Assembly: GCA_951406725.2 (NCBI GenBank)
Contig: OX597824.1
Coordinates: 95,046,001 to 95,110,000, forward strand
Length of the DNA stretch: 64,000 nt
From: Octopus vulgaris
Taxonomy: Eukaryota
Reading direction: 5' to 3'
Shown: piece by piece, positions 37,268 through 49,812 of the stretch
Layout: each line of letters opens with the position of its first letter
Numbering within the stretch: the stretch's first letter is position 1
Program-made: the position numbers and the translations under genes
Notes under the pieces: model-generated
What the model was told of the DNA's origin: nothing
The model's input: only the letters and a program-made list of their open reading frames with translations
Database searches by the model: none

Positions 37268-40200
37268 TTCAAATGAATATGGTACTTAAGTTGAGGCACC
37301 AGAATTTAGTACAGTATTATCCATACAGTTTCAAAATAAGCAAACAGGATATCCAGAGATCTAGCTTGTCACTATTTTTTGGGGTCAGTTTTAATTTATA
37401 ATCTTGTTTATCAAATCTTTGTAAGTCAAAGGTTTGATAAACAAGACTATAAATTAACTGATCCCCAAAAAAACAGTGACAAGCAAGATCTCAAACAAGT
37501 CTTTCTTCCTGATAACTTTAGTATCTTCTAAGCTGAAGTGAAGACAGCATCTTCTTTGTCTATCTCCTTACCTGCTTGGAGGTTTTAGGTAAAATTATAC
37601 TAATGTGTCCATCTGTTTTAATTTAATTTAATTCTATGTATTTATGCAGCTGAGGATTGCTCTACATTTAAATTGATGTAATGGTTGCATTCTTCAATTA
37701 AATGGAGTCGCTTGAAACAATCGTACTGCATTACCTCTGGATATCCTTGTTGCTTATTTTGATTTATATATATATATATTGTCATATCATATTTTTGAAT
37801 TTCTGTTTAGTAACTTCAAGGGTGAAAATGAAAACAATTTGAAAATAAAAGTAGGACAATATAGAACTTAAAAGATCCTAACTATATTGATGTAACTTTC
37901 AAACAGCCCTAGAATATGTTTAGAATATATTTAGAAAAAGGTGGGAAGGAAGGAGGAAATACAGAACCAGGACATGGTCCCTGTGGACAGAAACATATAG
38001 GTCCATAGTCTCTGAAGTGTTATTCTAAATAAGACAAAAATAGTCAGACCAATTCATCTATTGGATTGTTTAGACCTGTGGTTCTCAGTTGGTTTGTCGG
38101 ATCACACTGACACACTGCAGTGGATATCCAGATGTGCTGTGGATTTTTTATTTTTGTCCCAAAGAAGGCTTGAGGCTACTTTAGTGTAAGGGAAGGAAAA
38201 AAGGTCTACAAATTTTTTAGATCCTTGCATTGGATATACGAATTAACAAAGCAGTGGGGAAGGTGAGTATATACATGAGACTCAACACTCTATATCAACT
38301 GCTTGCAGCGAACTGCTACCAACCCGAACCGCCAATTGCTCACAGTTCTTTATTTTATAAAAATTAGTCAGGTCCACCTTTAATCACATGGTGAGCGGTC
38401 GGAATCCTTCCACAACAAAATTTTTAAAATGTTGATTGCTAGACTGAATATCGTAGACCAGAGGTAAACAAGATGATGGTAATGTGTTCCAGAGAGCAGC
38501 AGTTTGTGGAAATAAGTGATTGGATTAAAAGGACTTATAAATAACGAAGAAGCTCAACTGAGAAACAATGTGCCTGAGAAGAGAGGCAGGTGACATGTTT
38601 AAGGGTTTTAGAAAATCCATGGTAATACCTGAGCATCTCAAAATATGTTATTTGTAATTTTGTTCTTTACAAGTATGTTTAATAAAGCCAGGTGAGCAAT
38701 TTGGGTGTGTTCATTACCAGTGCCACTGGACTGGTTCCTGTGCAGGTGGCACATAAAAAACACCTTTTGAGCATGGTCGTTGCCTGACTGGCCCTCATGC
38801 CGGTGGCATGTAAAAGTACCCACTACACTCTCAGAGTGGTTGGCGTTAGGAAGGGCATCAAGCTGTAGAAACCTTGCCAGATCAGATTGGAGCCTGGTGC
38901 AGCCTTCAGTTAATCCGTCCAACCCATGCCAGCATGGAAAGCGGACATTAAACAACAACGATGATGATCATGATAGTCACTAATAGCTACTATTAGTTCC
39001 TTACATTGGACACATGGTCCAAGCAGGTTTTTATAATATGCTTAGTATCTCCAAGCAATCTTCATGTGCTCAGAGCCTGAATATTACTTGGCAGACATTA
39101 GGTGTGTCATAAAAACCTGCCTAGACAACATCTCCAATGTATGAAACTATCAGTAGCTCATAACTATATACTGTGTGCATTAAACAATATTTATCACCCA
39201 AACACTGCCAGATCAGACTGGAGCCTGATGCAGCCTCCTGGCTTCCCAGACCCTGGTCGAACCGTCCAACCCATGCTAGCATGGAAAACAGACGTTAAAT
39301 GATGATGATGATGATGATGATACACGACGGGCTTCTTACAGTTTCCGTCTAACAAGTCCACTCAACGCTTTGGTTGGCCCAAAGATACTTGCCCGAACCG
39401 GGAACCATGTGGTTGGGAAGCAAGCTTCTTACCACTCAGCCACACCTGCACCTCTCTCTCTCTCATATATATAAATGCGCCCTTTTCAAGCCTAGACAGG
39501 CTCATGGATCTGGTTTCCCGGTTTCTATGGCGTATGTGTTCCCCAGCTGGACGGGACGCCAGTCCATCGCAGCGTTATTCGTTTTTGCCAGCTGAGTGGA
39601 CTGGAGCAACGTGGAATCGAAACCACACTCCTACGATCATGATGCTGACACCCTAACAACTAAGCCATGCGCCTCCATATATGTGTGTGTGCTATGTAAG
39701 GTATAAGAGGTGTTAAGCCCTCTAAGGGATAGAAATATTAGGGAGACACTCCTAGTAATTACCTCAGTAAGTATCGCCCTTGGTATAAGGTATATGGCAG
39801 CAGGTAATTTAAGAGGCAGACCATAGTTTAATGTTTATATAGACGATAAGAAGATGGAGGAAAAACAAATAGAAGTGTGTCTGTGGTGCTAAAAAGCCAT
39901 TATTTAATGGCTTTTTAGCACTTCTATTTGTTTTTCTTTCATTTTCTTATCGTCTCCCTCTTTCTATATATATATATATTTATGTGTGTGTGTGTGTATC
40001 AACAGAATGTGTTATAATACTATTTCCACAGCCACACCAATAATCCAACACCCCTCTACCATCAGCTGCCCCACGGATATCATTACGGGCGGTACCATTC
40101 AATCCGGCGGTGTCAACAGCACTAAAATAAGTGTTGTTTGGAAACAAACAAACCGAAGAAACTACAACTTTCAAACCCATTCGTACAACCGAATCGATAA

Positions 40201-40769
40201 ATAAATTCAATAAGTAAATTACAACCACTCTTAAATACGTAACAGCGACAACTCTATCAAGGCATACAAAAATTATGATCCCTACAGTCTTCCGTAGTAT
40301 AATATAACAGTTAAAAGCTTAATAACATTATTTCAATCAATCAATTTATATCGGCAGACTATAAAACCAATGTACATTTTATCGCTATTAATAGTAAACT
40401 GCAATAACGAAATTATGCTAAGTTGCGACCAATCTTTAAGTAAATATAAATAATAACCCCACTGGTCTTCCATAGATACTACGATAATGAAAGTTCAAAC
40501 CTTATAAAATTTCTCCAAAGCAAAAACAATTGAAATTAATTTAATATTTTTATGAGTGAAAAACATTATTTCATCGTTCAAAAGTTAATGATAAAACACT
40601 ACATGCTCATTAATATATCTCCACTACAAGTTATATTAAATTACCGGTAACTAATATAAACTTAAATTTCATTAACTAGGAACAAATAAAAGTACTTGTA
40701 ATTAATTATTATTATAAATATTTCGTTTTGGCATTTGGTTTGCAAGATTCTTTATATGAGTTCGTCATT

Positions 40770-40912
40770 TTCTTTTTGTGCCTTATAATATAACACACTC
40801 ACCGGTAAAATTTCCACTTTTTAAATAGAAATAAGGGAAAAAAGTGGAACTTTTACAGGTGAGTGTGTTATATTATAAGGCACAAAAAGAGAATGACTCT
40901 CCCCAGACACAA
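40770..40912. mobile_element. Short fold-back element plus tail
   Basis: Arms ~40770-40822 and 40839-40892; tail gactctccccagacacaaca. Single-arm copies at ~9405-9478 and 61920-61998. Confidence 0.6.
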
Positions 40913-41169
40913 CAGAATATTATTATAAACTTTGCGGCTTTGTTTAAAGCTAATTAAAACTGTTTAAAAGAGAATAAAACTTCAAATATTAACACTTACT
41001 TGTTCAATCAGACACGTGCTTCCAAGAATTTGAAATGACAACGAAATATCGATGACGTAGTTGCGTAATCACTTTCTTAATTGTCTCAATATCGATGACG
41101 TAGTAAGCAATTAACTGGAATCGTAAACCTTCAAATCCTTACAAATATTTTCCAAGCCGAAGACTAGAC

Positions 41170-42300
41170 ATTACTCAATATTTATTTAAAATTTCAAGTT
41201 CCCCACCTAAACACTGATTAAAGGTTTTAACCAACTTATCCGTATTTGGCATCACTCAGCAAGACTTTTGTTAGCCGCTCTCCAGCCATCTATTTAAAAC
41301 TGTATACAGCTATGGTACGACCACACTTGGAATTCGCATCATCAGTTTGGAATCCCTATCTTGCTCAGAACATTGACCTCCTGGAATCTGTCCAGAGACG
41401 TGCAACCAAACACATACCCTCCATCAGACACCTACCATATTCTGAGCGCCTTGTTTCCCTGGGCATGGATTCACTGAAGCTCCGGCGTCTGGCGACGGAC
41501 TTGGTAAACACCCACAAGGTTATCAACCACCTCACCAACAACAACACTGAACACCTTTTTGATCTCCATGTGTCTAACACACGTGGACATGCCTACAAAG
41601 TCAGAAAACAACACAGCTCCCATGACTTTCGGAAACATTTTTTCACGCTCAGGGTTGCTGAAGCGTGGAATAAACTGCCTACATCAGTTGTTGACTGCCA
41701 TGACACTGCATCCTTTAAGGCCCTCATGCTTCCCGAAATCCGTCGAAACTACACCTGATTATATATACACTTTAGATGAGTTGTAGTGCACCTGAGCACT
41801 GTACACAATTATTATTATTATTTTATTATTTTAAAGGTTTTAACCAACTTAGCCGTATTTATACCCTTGTTTTACTAAATGTCTTAACAGCTTATTTATT
41901 CTTTCCAAGAATTTATTACCATTATTAACTATAGTACTGTATCTAACAACTTACCCTGAAAAAATACCATAACCAATAAAAGAAGGTATTTTACTCCAGA
42001 ACCATGGCATTGAAGCCACCTGGAAACCAAAATGTTTTATTATAAATGTCAGTACACATTTCATTGTTATCCTTAATTACTAGACTGACATTTAGATAAT
42101 TAATATTTGTTATATTATTACGATTTCTGGTGTCTAACTTTAAAACAATTTTGTTTAACAAAATTATGCACAAACTGTTTATAATCTTTAGTGCACCATG
42201 AAATGAAATAAGATTGAGCTGATTACATTTTTGCAGTGTGCTCAATTACACACCATAGAGTTGGCTAAGACCTGTCTAACTTACAGAGTATACTCTGTTG
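41170..42300 (-). mobile_element. Degenerate Penelope-like (Naiad-type) reverse transcriptase relic, interrupted by a CR1 insertion
   Basis: Minus frames give RQVLANSMVCN*A (cf. RQ--GIPMGTNCAP), NYLNVSL..DIYNK and FGFQVASMP..SKIP..GYGIFSG*VVRY..F..INKL..LVKQGY, matching the PLE RT palm/thumb pattern. Confidence 0.6.
41248..41830 (+). mobile_element. CR1-like LINE 3' fragment, copy 1
   Basis: VRPHLEFASSVWNP..LESVQRRATK..NTRGH..FFTLRVAEAWNKLP; (ATT)n tail; 30-bp flanking duplication. Confidence 0.9.
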
Positions 42301-42539
42301 TTCATTTGCATTAAACAAATCCTTCATCTTAGGGATCAATAATAATTGATCTAGCTCTGGCAAAGTAATCATCATCACTATCATCCTATTATGTCCTTCT
42401 GCCATCCTGGCATTGGTTGGATGGTTTGACTGGATTTGAATAACCTACGTCTAGCTCAAATGTCTTTTTTTGGCATAGTTTGTACAACTGGATGCCATTC
42501 CTAGACTCTACCAAATAAAATTTGTTGATGTAGAATCCG

Positions 42540-43475
42540 AACTGTACCTCGAAATAAAGAGGTCAGATCCTGTACACTATAGATCTCTATTGCAAGCAGA
42601 CCTGGACACAATGCAGCAGTGGATCATGGACTGGCAACTCAAGCTGGCTGTGGACAAATGTACCACCATGCATTTTGGGAGGAGAAACCCAGCGTCCACC
42701 TACTCCCTCCACAACACTAGTCTCAAAAAGTCTTCGTGTGAACGTGACCTGGGTGTTATTGTCGACAGTGATTTGCGTTGGACAAAACACATCGCTAAAA
42801 TTGTCAAGAAGGCTGAGGGTGTCTTGGCATCACTCACCAAATCCTTTGTGAGCCGCTCTCCGACTATCTATCTGCGGCTTTATATAGCTATGGTAAGACC
42901 TCACCTGGAATTTGCATCACCGGTCTAGAACCCCTATCTTGCCCAGGATATCAATCGTCTGGAAGCCGTTCAGCGACGTGCAACCAGAAGAATACCCTCC
43001 ATCAGGCATTTGCCATATCCTGAACGCCTTACTTCCCTGGGCATGGACACATTGAAACTCCGACGTCTGGCAGCTGACTTGGCAGACACGCATAAAATTA
43101 ATAACCATCTTACAAACAATAACTCTGAGCACCTCTTCAAACGCCACCCATCTAACACCCGTGGACATATTTACAAAGTCAGAAAACAGCACAGTTTCCA
43201 TGACTTCAGGAAACATTTTTTCACGCTGAGAGTTGCTGAAGCATGGAACAAACTGCCGGCATCAGTTGTTAGTGGTCGGAGCACTGCATCCTTCAAAACT
43301 TCCATGCTTTCTGAGATTCGCCAACACTACACCTGATTTTCTCCCCTCCATACACACACAAGCATGTATCTGACACATGCATTGTTCGCTTTCCAGACAT
43401 TTGTACATTGCTGCATATACTCTGACAAGTTGTGGTGCACCCGAGCACTGTATACAATAATTTCATTATTATTAT
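42540..43475 (+). mobile_element. CR1-like LINE 3' fragment, copy 2
   Basis: LQADLD..W..WQLKL..KC..ERDLGVIVDSDL..VRPHLEFA..; internal stop; (ATT)n tail; similar to copy 1. Confidence 0.9.
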
Positions 43476-44599
43476 AACTATCTTTAAGAGAGATATTTCA
43501 AGCGAAAACAATGAATCTCTAAAATTTAGACATCATAAAACCTATGGTTCAAGTTTTATATATATATTGGACAAGGCTTCGAATTTACGAAGAGATTAAT
43601 CAAGTAATTCCCTAATTTACAAATAATCAGTTTAAACAGAACACTATCAAAGGGAGATAATTCTTACGCAATATTATAAATAGTGTTATAATTATCTCCC
43701 TTGTCGTATGTCTAGTTTATACTATATTTTGCTTTCCAAAACAGTTATTAGAAACATTCTTCGGTGGATTATGCAATAATTGCCAAAGAACACATATTTA
43801 CCAGAGCCAAGTCGTTCAAGGATCCGTTTTACATCGTCACTTAAGGCATTGCCGCTCAAGAACTTCGGAAAGCGGAGGAATGCCAACATCATTCCTGGAA
43901 CTCTGGTTTCGTTTCGTCAGAATAGGAAAATGCTGGTTGAACATGTCCAGAGAATGCAAAGTAATGCGTTCTTTTATTCTTCAATCCCCAGGACAGAATA
44001 GCGAGATCGTCGTGTGGAACTTGTTCCGGTTCTTTACGTCTCGAGTTCAAATTCCGCTGAGGTCGACTTGGCCTTCTATCCTTTGTTCAGGGTTCACTAA
44101 AATACACGACCTCTGAAATACTGAGGTAGATGTAATAATCTGTTATGGAAGACTTGGTTGCTATTTCTAGCAGGTTGAGATCAGAACGGTTTCGTGTGTT
44201 TATCGCTATGGGGACAAACAATCGCGCTTTCAGGTATATTCGACATTCGAGACTTCGATTGACAAACTCACATTATTTTAAATACCTGTTATTTTTTGCA
44301 TTAATTTCTAAGGAAAAAAAAATGTATGCAAAATTTCCTCATCAGCGAGCAAAACTACATCAGAATTACATACTCTGGAGAAAATTTGACAGGCTTCCAC
44401 ACAGTATCCGTCTACCAAATTCACTCACGAGGTAAAATGAGTTCTTCACCCCACAGCCACGTGCCAGCCAAAAAGGCAGTCATAAATTACAATAGCACCA
44501 TAGTGAATAGCTTAATTTGCATATTTGTGCTTTTGATGGCTCATTAAAAGGTTTCTCTGTGTGGAAAATGTGCAGATACAATAAGCACTAAAAATGCAC

Positions 44600-46320
44600 A
44601 GAGAATAGACTTTCTCAAATGCTTGGGGGAGATCCTTAGAAGTAGTAGATAGCTCCTGTTACCCAGGCGAACCAGAGAAAAATATTCGTCTGATGGCATA
44701 CAATGGTCAAGAAATCAAATGCTTGGTTTCAACACATTCAGCTTCGCTCAAATGGCAGCAAATTCCATGATGCCAAATTCTATGGATGGACCACCAATCA
44801 TTGGATCACCAGCATGTGAGGCAATGAAATTAATCACAATACATTGGGATCATGTCATGGATTCAACTCCTGACGTCACAACAATCGAAGGCCTGAAAGA
44901 AACATGTCCAACTCTTTTCGACAGCCTGGACAACTTCAAAGAACCTACACAACAGTACATAAAAGCAGGGTCGGAGCCCTTCATTGTCTCAACTTGAAAA
45001 TAAGCTCAGGATTGATCTCCAGAAGATGGAAGAAATGGAGGGGGCATCAAGCCTGTGACACGACATACAGATTGGTATCCAAGCATCGCATATTCTGTAA
45101 AAAAAGACGGATCACTTCGCATATGCATTGATCCACAAAAACTTAAGCACTGAAAAGATGCCCCCACAAAATCCCAACAGTGGAAGAGCTGAACCCTTAG
45201 TTTGCTGGTTCTAGCGTTTTCAGAAAACTAGATGCAAAAGCAGGATGCTGGTCAGTTCATGTGGATGAAGAAAGTCAGCTGCTCACAACTTTCGGGACCC
45301 CAATGTCATGGTATGTCCTAGATAGTATTTGGTTTTGAAATATACCATTTGAGATGTCTGAAGACCACATACACTGCTTTGGAAAACATAAAACAACCAC
45401 CTCAGAGAAATTAAACGTCAGGTTCTTTGACCCAAAGAAACCAACAGGACTTGAGTTAGATAGCTCTTTGAAAGGACTCAGAGCTCCTATCATACAAGAT
45501 GGTAAACCTGTAGCATTTGCCTCAAAAGCTCTTGACAAAATTCAGTCAAACTACTCAAACATCGATCGTGAAATGCTGGCGGTGGTATTCGGAATCACTT
45601 GTTTCCACACATATCTTTAGAGACATCCATTTGAAGTCATCACAGACCACAAACCCCTGGAGGTGATCGCAGAAAAACCCCTTCTTCAAGCACTAGAATG
45701 TTATGTTGTAGAGGAGGAGGAGGTATCAACACCTGTGTCTCTTTGAAGATGATTCCATCTTCTACAGCCAATTCATCTCAAAAAGACCAGTATGACCTTA
45801 TATCATCTGGGACTTGTTTGATGTTACCTGGCCACCCACAGGTGATTGGGGACTTCAACACACTACATCATCACCAAGGTACCCCTAATCAAACAGATTC
45901 ATAGAGGGATAGGTACAGACAATCAAAAAGACTTTCCAAAAAAGTGAACAAAGCAAAAAAGACATAAACAATGCATTGTTGAATCAAAGAGCAACACCAT
46001 TAAATGCAAAGATGCCGTCACCCGCTGAGATCCTGTTGGGTGGACCGATCACAACACTTGTGCCATTATGCTGGAGCTGCTCTCATGAAACTCAAAAACA
46101 GAGAAAACTTCTTGAAGAAAAAAAAAATACAAATGAAAACTGCATAAGACCAGCATGCAAAGAGGGAATTACCTCCATTGCACAAAGGACAAGCTGTACG
46201 AGTCCTTGACAAAAACGACAAATGCTGGATGCCTGGAGAAATAGCAAGACAATGTAAAGAACCGAGGTCTTACATTGTGAAAAACAACACATGGAGATTT
46301 GCAGAGAAACAGAAGGGAAA
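44600..46320 (+). mobile_element. Degenerate Ty3/Gypsy LTR-retrotransposon pol relic
   Basis: RT KKDGSLRICIDP and KLDAKAG-W; RNase H PVAFASKAL..YSNI-REMLAVVFG..TDHKPL; integrase tail RATP..SPAEILLG. Many stops and frameshifts; no LTRs seen. Confidence 0.85.
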
Positions 46321-48100
46321 TGAGAGATGCTGGCACAGGCATAGATAGACAGTATGAACAGACCACTCAGGTGGAAATGCCTGTCAGATCACTCAACAGA
46401 AACCACAAACTCCATGGAACATGTTACTTAACTTGACTCAAAGAAAGAAATCACAAATGCTCCTCCTGATAACGATGCAGAAACACAAAACAATGGCCAG
46501 AAGCAGGAGACCCACAAGATCAGGTAGAACGGTGGAAACACCGGTGATGAGTTTAAGGCGGCGAGATGGCAGAAACGTTAGCACACCGGGCGAAATGCTT
46601 AGAGGTATTTCGCCTGCCATTACATTCTGAGTTCAAATTCCACCGAGATCGACTTTGCCTTTCATCCTTTCGGGGTTGATAAATTAAGTACCAGTTACGC
46701 ATGGGGGTTCATGTAATCGACAATCCCTTTGCCTGTCCTTGTTTGTCCCTCTATGTTTAGCTCCTTGTGGGCAGGAAAGAAATAAGAACAGTGAAAACAC
46801 CAGAGTGCTACAAAAACTTTGTACCACAAAACTGTTCACATTATTTAAAGTGCATGTTGCATGTGACTCTTGCAACAAAAGGGAGAAGAAACCTGGTTTT
46901 CACCTGCCGGGTTTGTTAGTCTGTGAATTGCTTAAAGAAAAGGGGGATGTTGTAATGATACGAAACTAAATGTACTTAGCTTTACATTGTTAAATACGTT
47001 GTCACGGACAAAAGGTGGTCAGCTCAGTGGCTGGGGCAGTGGAATAGACAGCCAACTGCTTTGCATCGCGTTACTGTAGTGCTTAAAGGGCACAATAATC
47101 ACCATCACCATCATTATCCTCATCATTGTTTGAATGTCTACTTTTTCATGGGAGAGCATATTGAGGTAAATTTTCAATGGATGGATGTCCCTTCCTGTTG
47201 CCAACCCTCATCTATTTCCAAACAAGATCACATCTCCCCTTGGCCAGACATGTTTTTTGCAAAATATCAGAAATGAATTATATGATGTCAAGACAAGGAG
47301 GTTCGCAGATGGTCGCAGGTTTGCAGGGGGTCAGTCAGCGCAGATCTCCAGTGACCTTGCACAGGACCATCGAGCGTGGGCTGCCATGGTTCGTGATGCT
47401 GTTAGGAACAGAGAAGCCGACTCAACCCGCCCTGGGTGAACGCCATCACAAGTACAAGTAAGTAAGACAAGGAGACATATACGCTCACTTGCATACACAC
47501 ACACACACGACAGGTTTCTTTCAGTTTCCATCACCTAGATCCACTCAAAATTTTAGTTGACCGAGGGCTATTGTAGAAAACACTTGCCCAAGGTGCCACA
47601 AAGTGGGACTGAACCTGAAATCATGTCGTTCAAAAGCAAATGTCTTAACCACACAGTCATGCCTGCTATCTCATTGTTTGACCCTTTAGTATTAAAACCA
47701 GTCCCACCAGGCCGAACCATTTTACCTGTTTTGTTCATAATGTTCAAATCAATAAGATCAGACCTCTCACACCTACCTTACAATGTCATGCTAAAAATAT
47801 ACTATCATGTCATTGAAATCACACAGTTACAAGATAATGCATGATATATTCAAAGCAATCTGAATAAATAAGCTTTACATTTGACAGAATAATTATGAAT
47901 GCTAAAGAGTTAATCTAAAAACTTAAATAATCCCAAGGCGGTGCCCCAACATGGCCATAATCAAATAACTGACACAAACATAAATCCTACTTAACGAAGT
48001 CACTTCAAGTAGACAGAACGAGTGATAAGCAAAAGTTATCGAAAATATTAATACAATCCTCGTTAAAGAGTGTTGTATTAATAATTGGAATGTTTTTACT

Positions 48101-48106
48101 TTTATT
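48101..48106 (-). promoter_or_regulatory. Candidate CMTR1 polyadenylation signal (AATAAA on - strand)
   Basis: tttatt on the + strand, about 195 nt downstream of the CMTR1 stop. Confidence 0.45.
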
Positions 48107-48299
48107 TTATGATGCCATACATTCAAATTTTATAATTGAATGTGTTTTTTACTGAATGGTGGTTATTCTCAAATGATAATAAAATATAAATTTGGAATAA
48201 AAGGTGAGATACAATAGCATGGGTTATAAATGTTTATCAAAAAATTAGTGGGGGATGGATTTCATTTTCTGGTGGGATGGAATAACAATGGAGTTATTC

Positions 48300-48438
48300 T
48301 CATTTGTTGATTTTGTCTTGGATAAACTGAAGAATGTCTTCTTTTGAAAACTTGTCTCTGTCTTGTGTTGTAGGCTGGGAGTCGTGCACTCTTACACCTT
48401 CTTGCCATTTCCAACGGATTCCGTTTACTCGGCAATCT
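48300..48438 (-). CDS. CMTR1: CMTR1 last coding exon (DCRVNGIRWKWQEGVRVHDSQPTTQDRDKFSKEDILQFIQDKINK*)
   Basis: Matches the CMTR1 C-terminus W-W-DGIRVHDSQ...DKLSKEDVL-FIQ; TGA stop at 48302-48300. Confidence 0.94.
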
Positions 48439-49703
48439 CTGCAAATAAATAACAGACACGGTCATTTGACGAGTTTGAAGAACACGATGAGTGTTTTAGA
48501 GAAATTGGACAAAATATTCCTGATGAATTAAATAGCATGACATTAAAATAGAACATTATCGTTTACCTCTTACATAATTTGGTGAAGTAATTGTAAATTT
48601 ATGTAATAAAACAATTTGCTCACTCCAATTTAGGAGACCCCTCTACCACTAGAGTAGGAGGCTCCGAAAGAAGTCTCAGGGAATGGCATCCCTGCCTTTC
48701 CAAGCTAGTTTTCCACCACATTTCTTAAAAATTGTGGTAGAGGCCTTGGTCTTGGGACCAAGGTTGGGGGTAAGCAAGGACATGCTCCCCATAGAAAATC
48801 CAGCTCCAAGATAGCAAAGGAGAACGGGCACCAAACTAGCCAAAAGTTGGGGTGGGCTGCACCTGCCTACCTTGGTTGCTATTACATTGAGGTAGATCTG
48901 GCCACCCCCATTAATGAGGACAGAACCTGGATTTAAAACACTGGATGATGATGATGATTATTCTCCTCATTAATAAATATATATATCTATACATTATTCT
49001 CATCATTTAACATCAGTTTTTCCATGCTACTATATATACATACAAACACACACACACACATATATGCAGATCTTTTATCTTAAGTCAACTGACTGCAGTC
49101 ATGCTGGAGCACTGCCTTGAAGGGTTTTAGTCGAACAAATCAACCCTAGGACTTATTCTTTGTAAGCTTAGTACATATTCTATCAGTCCCTTTTGCTGAA
49201 CTGCTAAGTTAAAGGGACATAAACACACCAACACTGGTTGTCAAGCAGCAACGGAAGGACAAACACAGACACAAAGACACACACACACACAATGGGCTTC
49301 TTCCAGTTTCCATCTACCAAATCCACTCACAAGGCTTTGGTCAGCCTGAGGATATAGAAGACACTTGCTCAGGGATGCCACAGTGGGACTGAACCTGGAA
49401 CCATGAGATTGGGAAGCAAGCTTCTTACCACACAGCTATGCCTGTTACACATACACACACAAACAGACACACCCAATGGGCTTCTACTTAGTTTCCACCT
49501 CCTGAATTTCATTTGCAAGTCTTTAGTCCACCCGAGTTCAAGGTGCCATGGAGTGAGATTGAACCAAGAACATGGTTACAAAGTGTCTAAACAACTATAT
49601 CTGTGCTCAGATTCTGCGATTTGTTGTCCAGTATTCTTGAAATTAGCCCCACCCCACCATCAGGTAAGCATTAAGAAATATGGTGTTAAAAGACATATCT
49701 TAC

Positions 49704-49812
49704 CTGGTGTTTGTTATGGCATCTCCAGGAAATCCGTAAGTCGACACACCCGAAGATGTATTGAAAAAATACTTTGTGTTTGAAGACTTACTAAGACACA
49801 TTGTCCATGGAT
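49704..49812 (-). CDS. CMTR1: CMTR1 exon encoding the WW-like domain (DPWTMCLSKSSNTKYFFNTSSGVSTYGFPGDAITNT)
   Basis: PW----S-----YFFN------ST---P WW pattern; canonical splice sites. Confidence 0.92.

Noticed and set aside
39998-41200. Mitochondrial insertion (NUMT) or viral fragment in the AT-rich tract
   Set aside because: No recognisable mitochondrial gene or viral motif. It may be the 3' region of the adjacent PLE relic, but this cannot be supported.
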